DNA of 64,000 bases, from the NCBI RefSeq assembly GCF_002571385.2, contig NW_019217785.1:620121-684120 (forward strand), written 5' to 3'. The notes under the pieces are model-generated. The model was given only the letters and a program-made list of their open reading frames with translations, was not told the origin of the DNA and did no database searches. This document shows positions 28,001-38,900 of the stretch, piece after piece. The translations under genes were made by a program, and so were the position numbers. Origin of the DNA: Stylophora pistillata (lineage: Eukaryota). Each line of letters opens with the position of its first letter. Position 1 is the stretch's first letter.

Positions 28001-31000
28001 TTTGTTTAGGATTAATAACAACTTGTTCACCAGCAATCAAGCAAGTTTTGTAACTTGAGACAAAATTTCAAAGAGACTTAAATTTAATATCCTACCAGTA
28101 AAGCTGTGATAGTCTTGAGCTCAACATACTAGGAACTTACTTGAGGTCCTGGATCTCCAGGTTCACCAATATCACCAGGTTCTCCCTATAGTAGAAATTG
28201 ATAGACCGTAATATTTATACATGCTAAAGCAGATATAATTTTTGAGTTAGTGTGTGATCTATAGCTGATTCCTATAGGCTAAATTGCATTGCATAATGAC
28301 AATTTCATTTACAGGCCAAAGGTCACATTAAGAAAAAAAAAAATCCAAAAAGTCCATCTATGTTTCTCAATCAAAAAATCTGGGAAAAAGTGACAAGAAA
28401 AATATGGAAATCAATAATTATTCTAGATTATATTCCAACACTACTAAACACTGCATGATTTATCCTATATACCAATAATACATAGAAGTGTAGTGTATAT
28501 ATACATTGTTTTGATATATACATGTAGTACATATACATATGTGTGTGTGTGTGTGTAAGTTTTCATTTTGTAGGACTACATGTTAACATTGTGTATCATG
28601 AAATAAAAGTTACCATTGATACAGAAGCATCAGGGCAATTGAAGTTACTGTAGGTCAATGAATGTCTATGATAACAAAGTTATATCTGATGTACCTGATT
28701 ACCCTCTACACCTGGTAGTCCAGCCATGCCTGGTTCACCTGCATCACCCTGATATAACATATATACAAAGAAAAGATTACAAGGTTGCATATATATCATG
28801 TTAAAACCAAACAATGTACCATGCACTGTTCAATAGCAGGTCACATGGGCCCGATTTGCCATGAAAAGTTTAAGCTAGCCTGTGACAACACTTTTTAAAA
28901 TAACTAATACTCAATTAGCCAAGAAGCAAGTGGAGGGTTCTGAACATGTTAACCACTGGAACAACCCAAACCTCCTTTCCCTTTCTCCCTTCACTAAGGA
29001 TTGTAATCATTGTTAGCATTAGATAATTTTTCGTATGCATTAGCTAATGACATAAGAAAAATGTTACTGTAAGTCAGTGACCATGATACTAACTAGTGGT
29101 CCTGGGTGTCCCTTGGGTCCATTACTTCCAGCACGACCCTGTAAATTCAACCACATACTGATTCTGAAATACCTGACAATTGTGTGATTGTTTTTTTAAG
29201 GTAGTGATAGTAGTTATCATATGTTCACAAATTGGAACATTGTCTGTGATGCAAGTTCTTACAGGATTGATAGCTGGGTGTAAACAGGTACACCTACCGT
29301 AGGACCAAAATGAAACAGCTGTTTTTGTACTCAAACCTTTTTAAGTGTTGTTCCAAACCATAAATAACCAAAAAAATAATTCAACCAAAGTAAACCACTA
29401 TCTATGGAAATAATTTGTTTCAATGTATTGATGTAACATCTCCTTTACCTGGTGTCCAATAATCCCAGGATCTCCTTTTAGTCCTGAAGTACCCTGAAAA
29501 GTAAAACAGACAACAAAGTTACTAAAGCTTTGGAATTGAGTTTTTTCTTCTTCCTTGGTAATCTACTGAAACAAAGATGCACATTCTAGTATAAATTTCA
29601 TCCTGATAGGTTGTTAGCATAATGTATTTATTAAACCCTATTTCTTAAAATTGAATAATTTAATTGATCAAATTTTCTTTTCAAATAATATTGTCACTTT
29701 TTTTGGGGAAAATATCATATGGCTTAAGACACATGAGCATCATGTGATGACATTTTTCACCAATATATAATTGATGTTCATAATTACATCAGGCCTAAAT
29801 TCTAATTTCAGTCAACACTTAAAAGAGCAACTTACCCGCTCACCTGGAGGGCCATGAGAACCAGGCTTTCCAAGGATGCCATGTGGACCCTGTTATAACA
29901 AAGTTGTATGAGATAAGAGGGATGATTCAAGCAGAAACATGGTGTATGCATTTTTTGAATTCACAAAGAAGGAAACTCTCAAGAGATAATGTGTTTAAAT
30001 GTTCATGCCTAACCTGTATGCCCTTATCACCTTTATAACCCTTGGGTCCATTTTCACCAGCCAATCCCTAGAATAAAAGTCAACTCCTATAGCTTGATAG
30101 TGGATACACAGTAACAAACCATTATACAAAATAAGCAATGAAAAATGGTTAATTCTATCCTTAATTCTGTATTTGGATTTGATAAGTGATCTGTTATCAA
30201 TCCAAATTGATATTTATATTTTGTGCAAAATGGGAAAACCATACATTGCAGTAGCGATTACTAAACCTGTAAAGAACAATCTCAAACACACACACACACA
30301 CACAGAAAAAAAAAAGAATAAAGAATGTACCCCACCTACCCACTTCCACACCAGTATCTGTATCTAACATTAATTTAGGTTGATAACAGATCACTTATCA
30401 AATCCAAAAGTCATGAATTTCAAATTAAAATATGTATAAATGACTTACAGGATGACCAGGGGACTTAATGACTGTTATCACTCTTGTTAATTCTGTCACA
30501 GTGTTACTGGGAGGACCCTAAAGAATTGTAAAACAAAGTAATGGTATTTTACAAGAGTTGAAAAGGTTTTGCAATGAAAAAGTCCTCCTACAAGGTTAAA
30601 GCAAATCATAATAATATTGATAATAAGTAATGAAGCCAATAGAGAGAAGAAGTAATAATTAATAAATGTTGAACTGAAGTGCCCATAGTGAGGTAGGGGG
30701 GATTATTGGACACTATTGATAAGAACTAACAACTTGCCTTCACTCCAGCAGGTGCTGGCATGGCAACCTAAATAGAAAAGTCCTGTTATTAATTGTAAAC
30801 AAAAGTGGTATCATACAACAATGACATTTATCACTGACAGTAATTGTAAGCTCTTAAAAACTAAACTAGTGCAATAATTAAAGAAAATCAAATTTGTTTG
30901 ATAACTATTTAATTACTATTTAGTGGAATTACTATTTAATTTCTATTTTAGTGGAACGAGGCATGTCAAGAGTCCAAAAGTGTAAAACAATGAAATCAAA

Positions 31001-34000
31001 TTGTCAATGCCAACTCTGAATAAAATGTCTATTTCATTACCCATTGGCGTAGCAATCTAAGTATCTATTAGTAAATCATACACTTGCAAAATTTTGAATA
31101 AGCAATGTTATTTCTTGTGAACCATCTCATTGGATCAGAATCTTAAGTCCACTTATCTGATTGACTACTTACTCCATTATTGGCAAAACAGAAAAAGAAA
31201 AACCAAAGAAAAACATAAATGACATATTCACCAGTCTGAGTTAAACCATGAGGGAAAAACTGTGCCCTTATCCTTGAGCACAGTACACAATATACATTGG
31301 GCACAGTTTTTTTCCCATATGGACCTCCCCCCAACATATAATAACATATAGGGGTTTCTTAAAGTTTGAGAGTAAACAGAAAAAAATTGCAAAGTAGGTG
31401 ACTAATGGAAATTTGATTGTGACTACAAACTAGGTAGTGATTTTGCTTTACATGCCGGCTGGCAGCTTCTATTAAAACAATTAATAAATAATTATTAAAA
31501 GATTGCTCTGTGGGATTGCCCTAAAAGCCACAGAAAACAATGCCTTTTGGGTCAGCTAATAACAAAGTGCACCTCTGCCAATGTAATCTATTGCATAACT
31601 TGCACTTATTGCATAAAGATATACATCAGCAAAACAGGCAGAAGACTAGGTGACCGATTCCGAGAACACCTTTGAGACGTGGAAAGGAATGACAAGGACA
31701 CATCGAAACCAGTTGCTAGACATTTTAATTTACCTAATCATTCTAAGCAACATATGGCTTTAATGACTTCAAATTTGCAGTACTTACTTTCATACCTTCT
31801 AATTACTTTCTTTGAGGATTTCTGTTCCTTCTGATATAATTTTTATGTCAGACAGATAGATAGATTATCTGTCAGACAGACTATTCGCTCCGACGAAGGG
31901 CTAACACTCGAAACGTCAGCTTTTGGAATCGTTATGGTGGCCAATTTACCACTTCAACTTTTTTGATATACCCAAATTATTTCGTTACTCCCACCGACGC
32001 AGCCCCAAACAGTTTCTTTCGAAACTATCAGCCTTTAATAACAAAGATAGTCTACCATTGTAAAAACCATCTTTCAAACACTTACAAAACCTTGGCCTGA
32101 TTGTGTTTCAGTGTTGTTCCAACTTTCCTGCAATAAAATTTCATAGCCTCATCATTAGGTGAAATGACCAAAAATATCTGATTGAGCAAAGAAATGAGAA
32201 GTCTATAGAACAATCTCTAACCTTAATCTGCTGTTTAGCATGAACATTTTTTCTATCAGTGCAATCACTTCTCAATGGTCTCTGGCAGAAAGCACTCACA
32301 CTTTCTTGCTGATCCAGGAGTAACAGTTGACAAATATCATTCTAATTGAAAGAAGTGGGATCGATAAACTCACACGGATGTTTAATAATTATTTAATAAT
32401 AGCCACTAGCGTTTCAGATGGAAAATATAAGTCAATTTCTTTCAAAGATGTTGCGACGGCCTCCCCTAGATTCTTTAAGAAAATTCTTTAAGAAAAAAAC
32501 AACAATCTTTCATTTTTTTCCCTTTTATCCCATTTTTTCTAAATTTGTTCAAATCTCATTAGCATTTTGATAACCAAACCAGGGTTTCTACAAATATCCA
32601 TACCATTTGCCATTTGGTTAGTTTATAATGCATATAAGTAATACAAATGACTACATAAAACCTAGAAATTGAAACAAAAAGCTATTACACAACCAAGGTA
32701 AAACACCAGCTTGGCCTGACTTTGTAATTTCCAAAACATCTAAGTCCATCATCTCTTCCTTTACTTTACCAGTCTCTAAAATATATGAAGTCTTTCAAGT
32801 TGTAAATTAATTTATCAACCATCTTTCTCTGTACTATATTGCTTTCTTTGGTTCCCATCATTCCAAGCAGCCTCATCATTGTGCCAAATGCATTCACTTT
32901 TTCTCTGGTATTACATCAATCAGTTTTGGTGGCTCACCAAGAAGTGAACTTCTAAAAAAGCATAACTAACACTCATCACAGACTGAGATACCTTTCAACC
33001 ATCATAATTGTTACCAAATTCCTTGTTACAGCCAGCATTCTACCTGCTTGATATTAATTATAGCTTTCAATTTTATCACCATGTAACCGTTACAATGCTG
33101 TAGTTACAGTCAACCCTCAAAGAGAGAGAGAGCCTCCCATTCTCTCCTCTCCACTGACCCCCATAAGGTAGAGCTTTAGTGTCTTTGCTTCACAGTTTTC
33201 GGAATTTTTCTACAAGCTGTTCAGATAAACCATACATACCTCAATATCACTATCTTGGGCATCCTCAAGGTGTGCTGTAACGGCAATCTTTTCCCACTCT
33301 TCCAATTTACTAATGCTTGGTAGTGATAAGTAGTTGAATTCTTGACAATCTTGGGTGACTGAGATTTCTTGGTGATTAAAGCTTACTAGCAATTTTTGCC
33401 ATGAGGAAATATTGGCTAATTTAACAAGGCCAAATAAGGAACTATTTATTTGAAACAACAATGATCTATTCTGAACTGTAAGGACATATACAGTTTCAGA
33501 TGAACTTCCATCAACAGCATTTACATTTATCACAAAGCTCCTATTATCTAATTCTTGTCTAAAAATCAGAAGTAAAGTGTATCTCAAAGAGTTTTGAGTT
33601 AATAAATAGTCATTTTCTGGTATTAATGGTGCAGTTGTGCTATTCTCTTCTCTATTTGGTAAATTTTGCTTAATATTATTCTCTGATGCATATATTCCTG
33701 GAGTGCGCAATCCATGGAGATCTACACAGGAAACAATGAAAAAGCACATTTAATTTGAGTCATGTGATTCATAAGACAGAACCCATCATATCCATTAACT
33801 TTTTTCTCAGTTTGTGAATGGGCAGCATTCTCCAAATCCTGTGATCTGATTGGTTCCAAGAGTAGGCAGTATTCTCCCATTCAGCCCACTCATGGTGGGC
33901 AATATTCTATCTATAATTTGTGTGTTGAGTCATCTCATACATTCTTACCTCTGTTGCAAATTTTCATAAATACATTTTGTTTTACCAGCTAGGCAGCATT

Positions 34001-35927
34001 ACCCTGCTGGCAGAGGCATTTATTTGGTAACTTCCCCTACAGTCCACGTAAAAATAAAGTCCTCTGCGCTTGGCCTGTTAAATCTTCTTCAAGCATGCAC
34101 GGCCTGTTGCTTAGAAACAAATCAGTTCCCGGTAGTACTCGGCCAACTAAATAGGATGCGTGCACATAAAAACGCGTTTAAAACAGGTTCTGACCGGTTT
34201 TGCAAATCAGATTATCCACAAACTCGGATAATTCCCAGGCGCATGCTCGAAGAAGATTTAACAGGCCGAGCGCAGAGGACTTTATTTTTACATGGACTGT
34301 AGGGGAAGTTAACAAATAAATGCCTCTGCCAGCAGGGTAAGGCAGCATTTGTAAGCAGATTTCATTCACGACCTTAAGCTGAAAAACAACTTACTAATTC
34401 TCTCTTCTCTCTCAAAAACTGATTTCCAAGAGAATTTTGTGATGCCAAAAGTGTTTTTTAAAATAGATTGACATGCAGCCTACAAAACTGTTTGTAATTC
34501 AATAATCTTTCTCAAAAAGTAACTAATCAGAAAGTTAAAGAGGCATTATTTTGCAGTTAAAATTACATGAATCAATTTAAGGTGGCTTGTACCAGTTTCC
34601 TCATGCAGGGAACAGGTCACTCTTACGTGACGCGCACGAGAGTCACGTGCGAAAGAAGCGCGAGATCAAAAGATGAAAATTCAAAACAAAGATGGCAGCG
34701 TGTGGAATTTTTTCTACTTTTGTGAGAAGTTTACCTAAGAGCTTGTATTTGATGTGTTGAGCGGCTACTGTGAATGCAGTTAATAGAAACTAAAATAAAG
34801 AAGACGACTTTTGGAGAAGTAAAGGTTGCTTCACTTCACATTTAAAAGAAATATTCAACCGATATGAAATCTTGCGACGGCGAAAAAAGAAGAACTCAAG
34901 TGAAGGATAATCTACCTGAAGTGGAAGAAGACTTTGAAACTTAAAGGAAAATAATATGATATAGCCAGAAGTCGTGTGTAGGATTTTTAAGATGAGCCCG
35001 GGAGGCTATCTTTGACAGCTGTTTAATGATTTTCTTAATTAGCAGTAAAGGTCTGTAAACATCAGATTGTAGGCGCGCGTGTGAGCACATGCAATTGTCA
35101 GCGGTAGCTATAACAGATCATGAGCAAATGTCGATCTTATAGAATCCAGACTTTTAAATGCGCGAGAACGCACGTGGAAATTGCTAAATGTGTGAAATGC
35201 AGACTTTCGTGTTCTCAATTTGACGTCACATTACCCGCTAGAGCCATTCCTCTTTAAACTCAGTTGTGGGGCAAGATGGCGGCCGATTTTCCCTATTTTG
35301 ACTGGGCACAGAAAATTGAAGATTTGAAGCAATAAAAAAATTTTTGCACAGAAACACTCCAAAAAATATGCTTATTTCATTAAGCAATAAAAATTTTGGG
35401 GTTTAGGTGCACTTAAAGCATAACAAATAATATCATTTTCAAAACAGTCTCACAAGTGGAGTAAGTGCTTTTCCAGATGTTCACTCCCTTGCATGAGACT
35501 ATCAACAAACAATCAACTGATCAAACAGTTTTTATATTATCCAAAGACTAAATATCTGCAGCCTATGCTAAGATCCACAAGCAAATGAAGCTAAACCTGT
35601 CTAATTATATAAAAAAAAAATAACAATTATTACAATATATTAACATTTTTGGAAATGCTATTAATGCTTCAATTTCACAAATACATGAACCTAACAAAGT
35701 TTCATGTTAGAAAGACAGGGCAAACCAACAAGGAAATGACTGAAATGCTTTAAATTATTCATATTAGCAAAGGATGACATAAAGCAAATTATAGGGGAAT
35801 TTTGAATCTTCTCACCTGTTGTGTTTGAAGTGCTCAATTCTGTAGCAACTCCTGTTTGATGTCCATCAGCAGTTGCAGTGATGAGGAGAAAGAAGAAAAC
35901 TAGGATGGATCTGAAATGAAGTAACAT
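1061..35927 (-). CDS. Fibrillar collagen alpha chain, C-clade-like (COL24A1/COL27A1-like), complete; about 65 coding exons, about 1,410 aa
   Basis: Spliced by hand with consistent phases. N-terminal exons: 35927-35816 (signal peptide [22 protein letters not shown]), 33721-33240 and 32341-32222 (TSPN/laminin-G-like, ending [26 protein letters not shown]), 32127-32086, 30767-30738 (GC donor), 30517-30449. Then 54 phase-0 Gly-X-Y exons from 30067-30014 ([18 protein letters not shown]) to 3895-3878: 38x54 nt, 9x45, 1x57, 1x108, 5x18. C-terminal exons: 3598-3539 ([20 protein letters not shown]), 2993-2864 ([35 protein letters not shown]), 2239-2133 ([32 protein letters not shown]), 1537-1322 ([17 protein letters not shown]...DYCQ), 1207-1061 (...LPIEDW...[11 protein letters not shown]-stop), forming a COLFI domain. 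A small linker exon near 31830 is possible but unresolved. Confidence 0.96.
1760..2002 (-). mobile_element. Penelope-like terminal repeat fragment with hammerhead motif, partial inverted copy and 13-bp target duplication
   Basis: TTATAAAATTATA at 1747-1759 and 2003-2015; internal inverted repeat about 1822-1860 / 1961-2000; the minus strand reads GCT-CCGACGA-AGGGCTAACGCTC-GAAACGTC-AGC. Homologous to 31885-32037, which follows a GIY-YIG remnant. Confidence 0.75.
6208..6991 (+). mobile_element. Penelope-like element 3' remnant forming a long fold-back (two arms of about 350 bp, spacer about 85 bp)
   Basis: Arms 6208-6556 and 6642-6991 are near-identical reverse complements. Spacer plus right arm encode [20 protein letters not shown]...SKVASHVH...[11 protein letters not shown]...LFLEAWH, the C-terminal half of a PLE GIY-YIG endonuclease. 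Hammerhead-like motif at 6911-6942. Confidence 0.85.
8153..8618. mobile_element. tRNA-containing repeat inserted as a spacer-less palindrome with 12-bp target duplication
   Basis: Arms 8204-8411 and 8412-8619 (about 2 mismatches) centred on GAATTC; tRNA-like core with A/B boxes at about 8476-8547 (TAGCTCAATTGG...GGTTCGAATCCC) and its mirror; GAATCTCTCATG at 8141-8152 and 8619-8630. Confidence 0.85.
9765..10920 (-). mobile_element. L2/CR1-type LINE fragment (reverse transcriptase remnant, internally deleted, with 3' tail)
   Basis: [20 protein letters not shown]...QSGFR...TETA...[20 protein letters not shown] (10070-10432), frameshifted. The 3' end has a stem-loop, AATAAA and TTAC repeats near 9765-9830. 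Confidence 0.9.
11470..12130 (+). mobile_element. L2/CR1-type LINE 3' end
   Basis: ORF2 C-terminal motif YSLRG...LSVPR...[11 protein letters not shown] (11482-11901), AT-rich UTR and a (CATC)n tail ending at 12130. Confidence 0.8.
13251..13490. mobile_element. MITE with 14-bp terminal inverted repeats
   Basis: CATGGTTGCAACAG...CTGTGGCAACCATG, flanked by TA on both sides; internal CCCTGAC repeats. Confidence 0.65.
14980..15178 (+). mobile_element. Second, diverged copy of the tRNA-containing repeat with 12-bp target duplication
   Basis: Same order as 8412-8619 (TCACGGGTTT leader, CTCCC.GTTGGCTTG, tRNA-like core, T-run, CAGG...TGCGAGG); ATAACAAAGGAT at 14968-14979 and 15179-15190. Confidence 0.8.
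16510..16877 (+). repeat. Dispersed repeat of about 300 bp (other copies 24296-24604 minus and 60561-60862 minus; relatives about 22620-22900 and 45246-45320)
   Basis: Shared TTATTACACGACTCGGGCAGTCAGAGGGCC...CTTGGTTAATAAGATAT; gives the recurrent spurious [14 protein letters not shown]; internal inverted TTATTAACCAAG motifs. Confidence 0.85.
16697..16790 (+). repeat. 24-bp tandem repeat, 4 copies, inside the dispersed repeat
   Basis: Unit GGAATACCGTACTGGAAGAATATC; single-copy in the 24.4 kb and 60.7 kb family members. Confidence 0.9.
19072..19251 (-). mobile_element. Short fold-back fragment of a Penelope-like terminal repeat related to 1760-2002
   Basis: AGTTTCTGAAGAAACTG...GCGTCGGTGGG start shared with 1770-1810; inverted arms about 19117-19180 / 19188-19251. 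Confidence 0.65.
19640..19757. mobile_element. 118-bp MITE with 9-bp target duplication
   Basis: Terminal repeats TAGACTACGAGCAGTCCC / GGGACTGCTCGTAGTCTA; ATGAGTCTG at 19631-19639 and 19758-19766. Confidence 0.85.
20041..20973 (+). repeat. 226-bp direct duplication containing one collagen exon (20041-20266 and 20748-20973)
   Basis: The copies differ only around the poly-A tract; exon copies are 20181-20128 and 20888-20835; the second copy begins immediately after a single N. Confidence 0.92.
20267..20746 (-). mobile_element. Gypsy/Ty3 LTR-retrotransposon integrase C-terminal fragment
   Basis: [25 protein letters not shown]...[23 protein letters not shown]...VGDKVLL; open frame, no LTR, ends at the N at 20747. 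Confidence 0.9.
21709..21989 (+). repeat. Tandem repeat, unit about 98 bp, 3 copies
   Basis: Unit ATATTCAATGTAGCAGATTCCCGTGAGCCCTTTA...CCAAAGAAATTAATG recurs at about 21709, 21807 and 21906. Confidence 0.9.
24975..25074 (-). mobile_element. tRNA-derived SINE head (fuller copy 54208-54516 plus; tail-only copy about 50511-50572 minus)
   Basis: TAGCTCAATTGATAGAGC...GGTTCGAGCCCCGGCCGGACCAACACTCAAGGTCTTAAAA is shared with 54217-54300; the fuller copy ends in a stem-loop and (TATG)n. Confidence 0.8.
26406..27080 (+). mobile_element. L2/CR1-type LINE 3' end
   Basis: [13 protein letters not shown]...[13 protein letters not shown]...[20 protein letters not shown]...YNLRSS...LFNRLP; AT-rich UTR ending in AATAAA repeats. 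Confidence 0.85.
30173..30407. mobile_element. MITE-like element with 28-bp perfect terminal inverted repeats
   Basis: TTGGATTTGATAAGTGATCTGTTATCAA ... TTGATAACAGATCACTTATCAAATCCAA. Confidence 0.75.
31568..32037 (+). mobile_element. Penelope-like GIY-YIG remnant plus terminal repeat with hammerhead motif
   Basis: [35 protein letters not shown][27 protein letters not shown] (about 31568-31745); hammerhead-like sequence at 31887-31920. Confidence 0.85.
34000..34339. mobile_element. 340-bp MITE with terminal inverted repeats of about 100 bp and 9-bp target duplication
   Basis: TACCCTGCTGGCAGAGGCATTTATTTG...CAAATAAATGCCTCTGCCAGCAGGGTA; AGGCAGCAT at 33991-33999 and 34340-34348. Confidence 0.88.
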
Positions 35928-38900
35928 CTCACCTTACAATGAAATATGTAGACATATTTAAATATATCTATGGCAGTGAGTAAATGGTGAACAAATTGCA
36001 CAAGCTGCACATTTAAGAATTGTCATGGATTTAAAACCAAAGTCTTTCCTTGTATTCTTTACATTTAACTGTAATCAGTGAATGCTTGGGATTATTTTGA
36101 AGAACCAAAGGCAGTTAAGTAATGCTTGAAAGATGTCTGAAATTTTATGCTTGCAAGTATGTTATTCTCAGTATGGTAAGTCAGGAATTTAGAACACTAT
36201 ATCTTAACTAGTGGCATATGCTAGTAAAGTTAATGTATTAAAAATGAGAATTAAAACAACTCTATATTGTATTTAAGAAATTTCCAACTTCAGAGTAAAA
36301 AGGATTTGCAGCAATACTGGTATGCTCATAAGCTAAGTAGAAACAAATCTAAAATACATGCAAGTATGAGGCTGCCTTTGTTGAATGATTTAATAAATTC
36401 AGATTGTTTTCATCCGTTCTTCAGTGAGGTGTTTTTAACATGCTAGTGCCCAACTCCAAATACATAACAATATAGTACCTGCAATGATCTGTTTATGTTC
36501 AAGGAAAGGGGGATTCCCTCTTGAAGATAGGCAACAGCATATAATTATGTAGCCCCGTCAGAAAGGCAAAAACAACACACGCACATTTTACATTCCGAAA
36601 AAAAAAAACAATAATCGCTAATTAAGTATATCAGAGAGATTTCTATGCTTTCACTGAAATAAAATGAAGAGTTAAAATACCCCTAGAGATACGATGGGCC
36701 TGGACATATTTCTCGCATGTTTACTTTGGCATTAGTGCTCTCAACTTCACTCGAATGAAAGTGGAAAAGTGGCTTAGGGGCCATAATGACTCGAAGTCTA
36801 TTAATGTTATCACTGCCATGTTCATTAGAATATGTTGAGAAACAGGAGAAATCCTTCACCCAACATCAAATTATTGCGGCACTTTCTGAATAAAGCTTCC
36901 AATTCTTTACTCCAAAGAATCAATTTGACTTAATTTCGTATTTACTGAGATTTGGCAATTGTGAAAGAATTTTAATGAGGATATCACATATAATTACAAC
37001 ATGTGACAAAAAAAATTTTTTATCAACGCTAGGTTGTATTTCACGTAACTTCGGAACACCTTTCCGGACAGAAAAGAGAGCATAATTTGTCTTAGCACAA
37101 ACACCGCGATGTGAGCGACACTTACTTTGAAAATTTACCAGTGATAAGTCCACAGAAGGATTTCGGATTTTCCAAGGTCTTGTAGGCAATTGTTTCCTTC
37201 TTGGCTAAGAACGTGGTAATCATCGCATTCTCGAGGCAAGGCTTACAAAAGAACGAGACTGGGTTAGGTTTCTGCCTGAAGGGGGCTCACGATCACACAA
37301 GAACTCACTGTGAAACGAGGCGACAATGTGATGCAGTTTACTGTCAGATGACGAAACCACTATTACTGTCACGCAGTATCCTCTGTCAGATAAAGGTGGC
37401 CTTTCGTGAGCCAACTATGAGAAAAAACTACGGATGCAATAAGCCATTCATAATCAGGGAGAGACTTGCGGTGTTGAAAGAGACAAAGTTTTCATTATTT
37501 TAAGTATAAGCCTGCACTGAGAGCTAACTTATCTACGTACCACGTCACATGATGGTTCTTCAAAGCGTTCGTCAATGAGTGTTTGTACAACGTATTGAAA
37601 ATACGCGAAAAGTCTTAAAGCACTACTCAAAGACGATCCTTGTCCTACCTGCAGCCTTCGGTGTGGAGATTGCTGCCGGCCTCGTTGTTTTCAAAACACA
37701 GCGCGCGATCTCTAATGCAAGCCATGCGTCAGACTGGACCCAAGTGGCTTGCTTGTGTCAAGGACAACGACAACAACAGGACCTTTGTCCGCTGCGCGGT
37801 GGGTGTAATACAACGAGAGGCGACAAAAAAATAACCTTTGTTGCTTGGAACGTGACACATATAGAAAACGATCGAAAAGTCACTTTGAGCATATCTAGAA
37901 CTCTATATAATATAACGCGCAATGACAAGGTAACCAAGTCAACGTACCTCGGAGAACAGTCTTAATGACGACTGCGTGACAAGACTTCACGCGGACGTGC
38001 GCGTATGTACGTTTCCAAAATTTGGGTAAACTTACGAAGAAAGTAAAAGCAATAAGGGAATAGTTATACTGGAAATGAGCACTCTATCAGCTTATAAATG
38101 AATTAACTGATCCAGTTTAAATCTCAGGAATGGTTTGCGATTTGACGTAAGGTGATACACAATTTCGTAAAACCGGTCGACAAACATACAATTCAGCTTC
38201 TTGACGGTCATTGAATGACTATAAACATTTAAATGTTTTTGCCCGCAAAACTTCTTTAGCAAGTTAAAGGAGAAGAGAAGGCAAAAAACCTAGTAATTGA
38301 AACATTATGTTTTGACTTACCGAATAGCGTGCCGCGCCACTTACTTAGTGCTGATACATTTTTACTAGTTTGCAGTCACTTTTACACTCTACCTTACACG
38401 ATAAGAACTGATGACTCCTTCGGGTAAAATATGGGACTGTTGTCTTTTCCTCAACTAAAACACGTTTCCGGCGGGAATCCAATAAGCCTCTTTAAAAAAA
38501 ACTTAGCTGATGGATTATTATCCAAATGAAATAGGAAAAAAAAAGAAGATAAATATAAAATATTTGTGAGTTTTAGCACAAATATTGGCAACTGCATGCT
38601 TTTCATACAGGGCCTCAAATTAGAAAGAAAAGAGATCAATCTCTTTAAGCAGACTGTAGTTTAACTGACGCGATGCGACGTGATGGTAAGCTTAACCGTT
38701 CTAACGCGCGAAAATAAATATATGGCGATGAGATTTAACAAGGCTCGTAAAAAAGAATTCACAGCAACAACTGAGATTTCAACCTGCGGTAATGATTACT
38801 GGATACAGAACTTGATTAAGAATGAAGGGAACAGCGGCACATTTAAAAAGTATTTGATTACTAATCAAAGATCACGTTATTGAACTGTGTTTGAGGTATC

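Noticed and set aside
34577-35417. TTAA-bounded CpG-rich block as a Kolobok/piggyBac element
   Set aside because: The ends are not convincingly inverted repeats; likely a repeat but unclassifiable here.
37579-37965. 128-aa plus-strand ORF
   Set aside because: GTG start, no recognisable domain, no supported downstream exons; lies in a CpG-rich promoter-like region.
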